From the NCBI GenBank assembly GCA_051382305.1, contig JBBCAV010000337.1, forward strand, positions 1-22,162: DNA of 22,162 bases, read 5' to 3'. The position numbers were made by a program, and so were the translations under genes. Positions 8,540-15,494 of the stretch are shown piece after piece; the first letter of the stretch is position 1, and every line of letters starts with the position of its first letter. Under the pieces are notes generated by a model, which saw only the letters and a list, made by a program, of their open reading frames with translations, was not told the origin of the DNA and ran no database searches. Source of the stretch: Bdellovibrionota bacterium FG-2. GTDB taxonomy: Bacteria; Bdellovibrionota; UBA1018.

Positions 8540-10345
8540 ATGCGCGTAACCTTTCTCGCATCGTTCTATCTTTGTTGTGCCCTGAACTCCGCATGGGCGG
8601 GACCGTTTAGGGCTTCGATGGCTTGTTCCGCCAAAGAGTCTTGGGAGTTTCCGCAGGGTTTTCCCGAAAAATGGCGGGCAAAATATCTTCAGTATCTTGC
8701 GGATGAAAAGGGCTCACAAACGGCTCTTACCACGTACTTTTCAGAGGCTTTGTCACTTCGGGCTTCTGCAGAGGATTCACTGACCAGGAAATTTGCCGAG
8801 TTTTGGATTGCCCGAGTCCTTTTGAGTGCAAAATTGAATCATTCGGCGCTGGGTGGTTTTAAGAACGTTCTACTTTCAAGCGAGGGCGCGGTTGCGCAGG
8901 ATCGAGGTCTTCGTTTGGCTGCGTTGGATTGTTGGGTTGAGATTCAACGGCAATTCCCTTCTGTTCCGATTGATTTTGATGTTGTCAAAACTTTCCTCGC
9001 GCTCAGTGATGGCGTGACCTCAGATGCGTGGGCTGCAAAGACGGCTGCCGTTCTCTACGTATTGAGTCTGCAGGCGGGCCAGACTTCGTCTTTGGACTCG
9101 CTGGTGTTGATCGCAAGACGAGATCCAACCTATGGACCATTGGTTGCGGGCCTCAGCGCGCTTCGAAGGGGCGCGCTGCGAGAAAGTCTCTCTTCGTTAA
9201 AAGTCGCCCTACAAAGCAATGATCTTGCTCCTCAGTTCGCTGCTCACACTCGTCTTCTCTTGGCCCGAGCATTTTTTTCAACGCAGAACTATCAGGAGGC
9301 CTGGGCTCAGCTTCGATTGATTCCAAGAAACTCCCCTTTGTTCACGACGGCGCTTACGGAGCTTGCGTGGACTGCTCTTGTGTCTGGAAGATATCCTGAT
9401 GCCGTCGGGGTCGCGCTCTCTTTGCAGAGCGGTGCATTCAAAGAAGAGTTCATTCCTGATGCCGCGCTTGTCCTTGCGATATCTTTCAATGAATTCTGCC
9501 ACTATCCCGCTGCGCTGCTTACGGTACAGAATTTTAAGAGTCGCTATCGGGAAATTTTTGACTGGTTGCAAAGTCAAAGTCAGAGCGCCGCGCAAGGTGG
9601 GCCGTCTTTGTATTCGATGGCCATCGCGCATTCCCAGGGCCAGCTCTCCGTACCAGAACCGCTTGTGCGTCAGTGGATGCGGCTTCCGGCATTTATTGCC
9701 AATCAACGCGAAATCAACTCCCTCTTCGATGAGGATTCTCGGGGTGCCTCTTTTAGTGATGCTCTTATGGAAGAGAAGGAGAGGAACCGAGTTCAGATTC
9801 GTGAGCGTGCAAATGCGCTTCGGCCAAAACTTACGGCCATGTCTAACTCGGCCGAGGCCCTTGTTATCCGAAAAGCGATCGGTGAACTCAAGGGGCGTGT
9901 TGTCGAATATTTGAATCAAAAGAAGGCCAACGCGCTTTGGATTGCAATCTATTTAGCCTCTCAGCGGTCAGCGAGTGTTCGCCGTAAGGATCTGGTGACC
10001 CAAATTAGTCGGCATATTCGGGATGAAAATACGGAACTTTTGAGGCGTCTTCGTGAGGCGGCGCAGAGTTTGCGATTGGTGGAGATTGAAATTTTTAACG
10101 GCGCCTCTCACGACATGATTTTCATGAATGCGCATCCAGACTACTCGGCAACTCTTGCAAAATGGATTGAGCCTCTGAAGAATGAGCAGGCGGACAAGAA
10201 GTGGCTATGGGGTGCTCTTCCCACTGATCCTGAAGCGCGAGTAGAAATTTGGGCTGATGAGCTGGGGGCAATTCGCGCGAATTTGCCGGATCATTGTACG
10301 AATAAGGATAAGTATCTGGCTTTGAAGAGTGTGAGACCAAACTAA
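8540..10345 (+). CDS. TPR protein, GltC-like
   Basis: Signal peptide and TPR helices (LLLARAFFSTQNYQEA, ALTELAWTAL, FNEFCHYPAA). The C-terminal W.W......EIWADELG.......C tail is characteristic of GltC-type proteins. Confidence 0.8.
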   Translation: MRVTFLASFYLCCALNSAWAGPFRASMACSAKESWEFPQGFPEKWRAKYLQYLADEKGSQTALTTYFSEALSLRASAEDSLTRKFAEFWIARVLLSAKLNHSALGGFKNVLLSSEGAVAQDRGLRLAALDCWVEIQRQFPSVPIDFDVVKTFLALSDGVTSDAWAAKTAAVLYVLSLQAGQTSSLDSLVLIARRDPTYGPLVAGLSALRRGALRESLSSLKVALQSNDLAPQFAAHTRLLLARAFFSTQNYQEAWAQLRLIPRNSPLFTTALTELAWTALVSGRYPDAVGVALSLQSGAFKEEFIPDAALVLAISFNEFCHYPAALLTVQNFKSRYREIFDWLQSQSQSAAQGGPSLYSMAIAHSQGQLSVPEPLVRQWMRLPAFIANQREINSLFDEDSRGASFSDALMEEKERNRVQIRERANALRPKLTAMSNSAEALVIRKAIGELKGRVVEYLNQKKANALWIAIYLASQRSASVRRKDLVTQISRHIRDENTELLRRLREAAQSLRLVEIEIFNGASHDMIFMNAHPDYSATLAKWIEPLKNEQADKKWLWGALPTDPEARVEIWADELGAIRANLPDHCTNKDKYLALKSVRPN

Positions 10346-10560
10346 GCAGCTCTCATCATGAGTATCTCCTTCGGTTAATGCTATACCCAAAGTCCTCCTC
10401 ACGATTGCCTCAAGTAGTGGTCCAAGAGATTCATTAGAAAAAACTAAACCCTGGCTAAGACACAGAGAGTCCAGTTCTAGTGCAAAGTCAGTGCCAGTGC
10501 GGTAGTTAGTTATGACGACCCAAAAGCAAATGTTTTGAACTGCTCCCGCCTCACTGAAGT

Positions 10561-10587
10561 CCAAATCCCCATCACATCGTCCGAAAA
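10561..10587 (+). promoter_or_regulatory. Possible sigma28 (FliA)-type promoter upstream of ssb
   Basis: CCAA-N15-TCCGAAAA versus consensus TAAA-N15-GCCGATAA. Spacing is exact but there are several mismatches. Confidence 0.35.
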
Positions 10588-10622
10588 GCAGTCACAAATT
10601 CCTCAAAATCCCCGTTTTTTGT

Positions 10623-10638
10623 TGGCCCACCTTTCGCA
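10623..10638 (+). promoter_or_regulatory. sigma54 (-24/-12) promoter motif upstream of ssb
   Basis: TGGCCCACCTTTCGCA = GG-N10-GC, ending 27 nt before the ATG. Confidence 0.6.
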
Positions 10639-10665
10639 CAGCTCTCCGGCCAGAGGTACAAACAT

Positions 10666-11094
10666 ATGAAAGACGTAAACAAAATAATCCTAGTCGGAAG
10701 ACTCGGAGCAGATCCCATTCAGAAAGAAACCAAGAACGGCAATAACGTCGTGAGATTTCCACTCGCCACGAGTCGGAAATTCAAGGACGATACGGTCACG
10801 GAACCGACTGCTGAGACTCCTGCTTACAAAGAAGAGACTCAGTGGCATCAGATCGTGGTGTGGGGAAAGCAAACGGAGTTTTGCGCAAATTTTCTGAAAA
10901 AGGGTTATAGCGTGTTGGTTGAGGGCGCTGTAAAAACCCGCAAGTTCCAAGACCCCGATGGAAAAATGCGGTACTTTGTCGAAGTCCAGGCTGACAATGT
11001 CAATTTCCTGGGTCAGCCACGGAAGAAGGCTGAGAATGTTGATGCTTCGTCTGATTCTTCGATGGAGACGGAGGCTTTAGCTGCAACCGGCTGA
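10666..11094 (+). CDS. ssb: Single-stranded DNA-binding protein (paralog lacking the C-terminal DDDIPF tip)
   Basis: VNKIILVGRLGADP, ETQWHQIVVWGK and LKKGYSVLVEG are OB-fold motifs. SD GAGG. Ends ...METEALAATG. Confidence 0.95.
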   Translation: MKDVNKIILVGRLGADPIQKETKNGNNVVRFPLATSRKFKDDTVTEPTAETPAYKEETQWHQIVVWGKQTEFCANFLKKGYSVLVEGAVKTRKFQDPDGKMRYFVEVQADNVNFLGQPRKKAENVDASSDSSMETEALAATG

Positions 11095-11145
11095 AAGCTG
11101 TTAGATCCCCCAACGCCCATGTAATCGGGTGCCCCCGCATTCGAG

Positions 11146-11547
11146 CTATCGCGCGATTCGAACGATATCCCCCAGCATCACTGCAACCGGACTGATGGCC
11201 GGAGATTTTTCCTGAGGGAGCATCTTCTCGAGTCGCGCGATGGCGACATGGCTTTCGGCGTGAATGACTTTGAGCGTGGCGATGGGAAAGGTGACTTCAC
11301 GATAAAGTTTTTCGGTTAGCGTGTCGTAGGTTGTATTTTTCCTGAAAACTTCTAGAACGGTTCCCTCGTGGACGCCTGATACCGTTCCTGCGCTTACATA
11401 ATAATCTTTTTGAGGCGCCTCGCCGGCGTTCCCGAGATCAAGCCCGCGAAAAACGCTATAGACTGTTGAATCTTCGGAATGAGCATAGAACGGACTTCCC
11501 ATTACGGCAGTTAAACAGATGATTGTCCCAACAAGAAACGGACGCAC
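11146..11547 (-). CDS. Secreted hypothetical protein with FlgT C-terminal-like beta domain (133 aa)
   Basis: GTG at 11547 lies 6 nt after SD AAGGAG. Signal peptide. The pattern YYVSAG..SGV.EG.VLEVFR...IATLKVIH.....AIAR......MLGDIVR resembles FlgT-C-type domains (family call from memory). Confidence 0.7.
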   Translation of the reverse strand: MRPFLVGTIICLTAVMGSPFYAHSEDSTVYSVFRGLDLGNAGEAPQKDYYVSAGTVSGVHEGTVLEVFRKNTTYDTLTEKLYREVTFPIATLKVIHAESHVAIARLEKMLPQEKSPAISPVAVMLGDIVRIAR

Positions 11548-11574
11548 AAACAACTCCTTTTACCTGGGCTTCCA

Positions 11575-11590
11575 TGCAGGTACGGGACCT
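11575..11590 (-). promoter_or_regulatory. sigma54 (-24/-12) promoter motif upstream of the FlgT-C-like gene
   Basis: Minus strand AGGTCCCGTACCTGCA = GG-N10-GC, 27 nt before the GTG. Confidence 0.45.
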
Positions 11591-11608
11591 CCCTTAGTCT
11601 CATCATAC

Positions 11609-11635
11609 GTATCGGCAAATTTTTCCGGGAGTTGA
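11609..11635 (-). promoter_or_regulatory. sigma28 (FliA)-type promoter upstream of the FlgT-C-like gene
   Basis: Minus strand TCAA-N15-GCCGATAC, a near-consensus match with exact spacing. Confidence 0.7.
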
Positions 11636-11679
11636 AAAAAATTGTCGGGAAATCGATGGCGCGCCGCGCATAATAATAC

Positions 11680-11709
11680 TTCCCAACAATCTCCAAATTA
11701 TGTTAATAT
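11680..11709 (+). promoter_or_regulatory. Putative sigma70 promoter for infA (extended -10)
   Basis: TTCCCA-N18-TAATAT with TG at 11701-11702 (TGnTAATAT). Confidence 0.4.
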
Positions 11710-11737
11710 CTGACCTACTTCCTGGGAGGATGTGTTG

Positions 11738-11959
11738 ATGTCTAGAGATGATCTGATTAGTTTTGATGGCAAGATTTCCGACCTTACGGGGGGTGGAAAT
11801 TACGAAGTGCTTTTGGACAATGGCCAGAAAATTAACGCACAGCTCTCAGGGCGTATGAAAAAATTCAAAATCCGTGTTCTCGTCGGGGATCGCGTGATCG
11901 TCGGCGTTTCTCCCTATGATCCAACCCACGGACTCATCACTCGCCGTCAAGATCACTAA
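11738..11959 (+). CDS. infA: Translation initiation factor IF-1 (73 aa)
   Basis: SD GGAGGA 7 nt before ATG 11738. LDNG..I.A.LSGRMKKFKIRVLVGDRV.V.VSPYD...G.IT.R is the IF-1 signature. Confidence 0.95.
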   Translation: MSRDDLISFDGKISDLTGGGNYEVLLDNGQKINAQLSGRMKKFKIRVLVGDRVIVGVSPYDPTHGLITRRQDH

Positions 11960-12209
11960 GGGCGTCAGGGTCAGATTTTAAGAGCTTTTCAAGGTCAGAA
12001 TATCCCCCAATGAGTCGATCGCCCGCAAAAATCTGAGGAACGGTTTGGAGGCCCGAGCGTTTGGTGAGTGCGTTCCAGGCGGCATCGTCATCATCGGCAA
12101 TAAGGATTTCTTCAAATTTGATCCCTCGATCCTTGAGTAGTCTTTTGGCTTGGACACAATACGGACAATACTTCGAGGTGTAGACAGTAATTTTGTTCGA
12201 TGGGTTCAT
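11937..12209 (-). CDS. grxC: Dithiol glutaredoxin (Grx3-like, 90 aa)
   Basis: CPYC active site, TVPQIF and IGGYSDL. ATG at 12209 lies 8 nt downstream of the cyaY stop. The 3' end overlaps infA convergently by 23 nt. Confidence 0.9.
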   Translation of the reverse strand: MNPSNKITVYTSKYCPYCVQAKRLLKDRGIKFEEILIADDDDAAWNALTKRSGLQTVPQIFAGDRLIGGYSDLEKLLKSDPDALSDLDGE

Positions 12210-12217
12210 GGGAGCTT

Positions 12218-12544
12218 TCACGGGAGTTTGATTCCACAAGTTTCTTTAACGTGTTCAGAAACACAGTTTATGAGTTCAATCGGGCGGCCTTTGTCGTCAA
12301 GCCATTTTCGCGTGATCGGTTCGAAATTAAAATGAAAAGCTAAACCTTTTGAAGCGAGCGCGAGCCAAATCTGACGCAAGGAAGGCTGCGTACTTAGAAT
12401 GCACCGAGTCCCCGCCCCAAAAGTAATGGTGAGTGACCCTTGCGCCTGGGTGCACTCGGCAACATCTGGGTCGATGGCCTCGAACTGGCCCTCAATAAAA
12501 TCAAAGATTTCTTGTACCCTCTTTCTAAACTCTGCTTCTTCCAT
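12218..12544 (-). CDS. cyaY: Iron donor protein CyaY (frataxin)
   Basis: Acidic N-terminal helix MEEAEF...IE, G.LTITF, Q.S.RQIWLA, G..FHF and W.D motifs. Confidence 0.9.
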   Translation of the reverse strand: MEEAEFRKRVQEIFDFIEGQFEAIDPDVAECTQAQGSLTITFGAGTRCILSTQPSLRQIWLALASKGLAFHFNFEPITRKWLDDKGRPIELINCVSEHVKETCGIKLP

Positions 12545-12559
12545 TAAAGTACTTATATT

Positions 12560-13060
12560 ATGACTTTAGACACACGTCCATGTCCCTGTGGTTCTTCTCA
12601 AAATATCTCTGAATGCTGCACTCCCGTGATAAAGGGAAAGCGCGTCGCTCAAACCGCCGAAGAAACGCTGCGCGCTCGCTATACCGCGTTTACCTTGCAG
12701 GAAGTCGATTTCATCATCGATTCCCATCATTCTAAGACTAAGAAAGATCTTAAGCGTGAAGAAGTCGAAGATTGGGCGAAAAACTCCAAGTGGCTGGGAC
12801 TTCGAATCGTGCAAACGGACAAAGGGACTGCACAAGACACAGAGGGAAGCGTAACCTTTTGTGCGCAATTTGAAGCAGACGGCAAACAAGAAGACCATTG
12901 GGAGCATGCGCTGTTTGAAAAAGAAGACGGCAAGTGGCGTTTCTTGGATGCACGCCCCGTTCATACTGGCACCTACAAGCGCGAGGAGCCGAAGATCGGG
13001 CGTAATGATCTTTGTCCATGTAAGAGTGGTAAGAAATTCAAGAAATGTTGCGGAGCTTAG
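12560..13060 (+). CDS. ychJ: YchJ family protein (NTF2-like core with N- and C-terminal SEC-C motifs)
   Basis: N-terminal CPCGS.....[27 protein letters not shown]....GKWRFLD, and C-terminal [18 protein letters not shown]. Confidence 0.92.
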   Translation: MTLDTRPCPCGSSQNISECCTPVIKGKRVAQTAEETLRARYTAFTLQEVDFIIDSHHSKTKKDLKREEVEDWAKNSKWLGLRIVQTDKGTAQDTEGSVTFCAQFEADGKQEDHWEHALFEKEDGKWRFLDARPVHTGTYKREEPKIGRNDLCPCKSGKKFKKCCGA

Positions 13061-13069
13061 TATTCTTTT

Positions 13070-13085
13070 CGGCATCTAAGCTGCA
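13070..13085 (+). promoter_or_regulatory. sigma54 (-24/-12) promoter motif upstream of the HtrA gene
   Basis: CGGCATCTAAGCTGCA = GG-N10-GC within the 40-nt intergenic gap. Confidence 0.6.
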
Positions 13086-13100
13086 ACCCTTTGTGAGATC

Positions 13101-14669
13101 ATGTCGATCTCTCGAAAAAAACCTCAAAAAAATGGGCGACTTTTAGCGTTAACATCTGCCGCTGGCGGATTGCTCCTTGCAACCCCACTGATCTTCTTTG
13201 AGTCTCAGCCGGACGGTCAAACCACGCCGACTTCGGCAAAATTTATTGATATTTTTCGACCGCGCTATGGGTCGTTTACGCAAACGGCTCAACGGATTTT
13301 GCCAGCAGTGGTTGGAATTAGCACGTTGCGAGTGTTCGCTTCTGAAGGGGGCCTTGGCGCAGCGAAGGAGGCTGGGAAGGATAAAAACGAGTTGGATCCG
13401 TTGGGGATTTTTTCGAATCCCCTTGCTCCCTCGGGGCAGGCTGAGCACCCGCCGCTGAGTTTTGGATCCGGGGTTTTTATTCGGGAAGACGGTCTTATTC
13501 TCACAAATTTTCACGTGGTGGAAAAAGCTTCAAAAATTACAGTCATAATCGATGAGAAACAGCGGTGGCCGGCTCGTCTGCTTGCTTATGATTCGCGTAC
13601 TGATTTGGCGCTTGTCCAGATTGAGAAGCGCCCCTCTTCCCCGGTGTCCGTACTTCAGTTTGGAAATTCCGATGAAATGAATGTCGGCGATCCGGTGTTC
13701 GCGGTGGGAAGTCCATTTGGCTTGATCCGTTCATTAAGTGCTGGAATCATCAGCGCCAAGGGCCGCGGGCGAGTGGGGATATTGGAAATCGAGGATTTTC
13801 TTCAAACAGATGCAGCCATCAATCCCGGAAGTTCGGGGGGGCCTCTTCTGAATTTCAAAGGCGAAATCATCGGTCTCAATACTGCGATCCTTTCGGCGCC
13901 GATGCCAGGAAATCCCCATGTTCCAGGCGGGGGGTTTATGGGAATTGGTTTTTCGATTCCTTCAAAAATTGCCCAGGACGTTGTGGGGCAATTGTTGAGT
14001 CAAGGCTACGTGAAACGAGGATGGGTGGGCGTTGCCGCCCAAGATCTCACGCCTGAGCTTGCGGACTTTTTTGGGACCTCAAACGAGCGAGGTGCTATCC
14101 TGACTCAAATTGTTCCGGGGAGCCCAGCGGCGAATGCGAAGCTTCAGCCTGGGGATGTAGTTGTTCGATTCTCAGGGGCTCCGACGATTGACGCTATGGA
14201 TATGAGAAACCGCGTGAACAAAAGTGTTCAGGGTTCTAAAACTGAAATCGAAGTCATTCGTAGCAAAGAACATATTCGGGCTGTTCTTGAGATTGGAACG
14301 CAACCTCGCCTCAAGGGGGAGCAAGCTGAGCAGACTCAGCAAGCGGGGCAGGCACAGCCCCAAAAGAAGACATCGCAGCTCGTGTCGCTCCCGCGTGGAA
14401 TTGAAACCGAAAATGTTCCTGCTGAGATTGCGCACTATCTCAAACTTCCCGACGCAAAGGGCGCGCTCGTTGTTTCGATTCTCCCAGGAGGTGCTGCGTT
14501 TGAGGCGGGGATTATGCCGGGGGATATTGTCTTAAGCGTGAATAGGGTCCCGGTCGTTGACTCCAAGAGTTTTCGTCGTAGGCTTCAAAGTGCCGCGAAA
14601 ACTGAAACTCTTGTTCTTTACGTGCAGCGTGGGGAAGAGGAGAAGATCTTTGTAGCATTGAAGGCGTAA
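13101..14669 (+). CDS. HtrA/DegP/DegQ (Do) family serine endoprotease with two PDZ domains
   Basis: N-terminal hydrophobic anchor. Catalytic triad in TNFHVV / TDLAL / AAINPGSSGGPL. Two PDZ domains (GSPAANAKLQPGDVV; GGAAFEAGIMPGDIV). Confidence 0.95.
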   Translation: MSISRKKPQKNGRLLALTSAAGGLLLATPLIFFESQPDGQTTPTSAKFIDIFRPRYGSFTQTAQRILPAVVGISTLRVFASEGGLGAAKEAGKDKNELDPLGIFSNPLAPSGQAEHPPLSFGSGVFIREDGLILTNFHVVEKASKITVIIDEKQRWPARLLAYDSRTDLALVQIEKRPSSPVSVLQFGNSDEMNVGDPVFAVGSPFGLIRSLSAGIISAKGRGRVGILEIEDFLQTDAAINPGSSGGPLLNFKGEIIGLNTAILSAPMPGNPHVPGGGFMGIGFSIPSKIAQDVVGQLLSQGYVKRGWVGVAAQDLTPELADFFGTSNERGAILTQIVPGSPAANAKLQPGDVVVRFSGAPTIDAMDMRNRVNKSVQGSKTEIEVIRSKEHIRAVLEIGTQPRLKGEQAEQTQQAGQAQPQKKTSQLVSLPRGIETENVPAEIAHYLKLPDAKGALVVSILPGGAAFEAGIMPGDIVLSVNRVPVVDSKSFRRRLQSAAKTETLVLYVQRGEEEKIFVALKA

Positions 14670-14714
14670 AAAAGGCCCCGGGCCCCGCAATCGTTTGATT
14701 GCGGGGCCCGGGGT
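14668..14714. terminator. Rho-independent terminator between convergent genes (U-tract on the minus strand)
   Basis: Perfect 17-bp stem CCCCGGGCCCCGCAATC (14676-14692) / GATTGCGGGGCCCGGGG (14697-14713), 4-nt loop, A6 at 14668-14673. Confidence 0.9.
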
Positions 14715-14743
14715 GATTACAAAGGAGTTCTGCTTGTTAGAGA

Positions 14744-15412
14744 TCAGCTGAAGTTCACGCTCAACGCTACCGTCCCCATGAAGATTTTATCATCGGGGGT
14801 GAGCGTCCAGTCTGGTCGTACTGACAGTGCCAAGTTCGGTGAAATCGCGACATCTAAGTCGGCACCGACATTGGGATAGTACTTCCACTGCGTATCTGAG
14901 GTTACATCAGATTTGTCGAGCAGTATTGAACTTCCGACAGAGCGGTAAACGATGTTACCACCGCCATGCGCGGCCAGACGATAATAGTCTGTAAACGCAT
15001 AGCCCACCTTGAGATTTGTGGGGATGATCAAGAGGTTGGCACTGGGTTGCCCCTGTGAACCGGCTTCTTGATTGGATCCCACAAAGTTTGAGGTATCCGC
15101 TCCCAGGTGAGAAAAAATAAGTCCTGTCGAAGGACCCAAATACCAGGCAGCCATAGTCTTATCGACAAAAGGCACCGCATTCATTTCAGCGGTGACCCCT
15201 GTTGCAAAACGACTTCTGGTATTATTTGTAGATGGCTCATTAAAAGCCACCACTCCCAACTGAGGTTTCACGGCCACCTTTTCATCTCTCAGGTATCCGC
15301 GTGTGATCTCTTTGGCCTCCGCTTGAGTTTGCTGAGAAGTATCCTCCGCAGCCCCAGCAGCTGAGCCAGCAATCAGAACAGTTAGCATTACGTAGACAAT
15401 ATTGAATCGCAT
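14744..15412 (-). CDS. Small outer-membrane beta-barrel protein (222 aa)
   Basis: ATG 15412 with SD GAGGGAG. Signal peptide, alternating amphipathic strands (IPTNLKVGYAF, PNVGADLDVAI) and terminal strand VALSVNFS. Confidence 0.75.
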   Translation of the reverse strand: MRFNIVYVMLTVLIAGSAAGAAEDTSQQTQAEAKEITRGYLRDEKVAVKPQLGVVAFNEPSTNNTRSRFATGVTAEMNAVPFVDKTMAAWYLGPSTGLIFSHLGADTSNFVGSNQEAGSQGQPSANLLIIPTNLKVGYAFTDYYRLAAHGGGNIVYRSVGSSILLDKSDVTSDTQWKYYPNVGADLDVAISPNLALSVRPDWTLTPDDKIFMGTVALSVNFS

Positions 15413-15446
15413 AGGCAAATCTCCCTCTGTTCACGCCAAGAAGAAA

Positions 15447-15462
15447 TGCAGGGAGCGTTCCA
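15447..15462 (-). promoter_or_regulatory. sigma54 (-24/-12) promoter motif upstream of the OM barrel gene
   Basis: Minus strand TGGAACGCTCCCTGCA = GG-N10-GC, close to consensus TGGCACG-N4-TTGCA. Confidence 0.65.
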
Positions 15463-15494
15463 GAGTGCGGTGCTAGTGCCGACGACCTAATGAC

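Noticed and set aside
10205..10564. 119-aa minus-strand ORF spanning the gltC-ssb gap
   Set aside because: TTG start, 141-nt overlap with the conserved GltC-like tail, and no recognisable family. Not fully excluded.
13825..13845. HtrA GSSGG instead of GNSGG
   Set aside because: A known variant; the catalytic Ser, His and Asp are all present.
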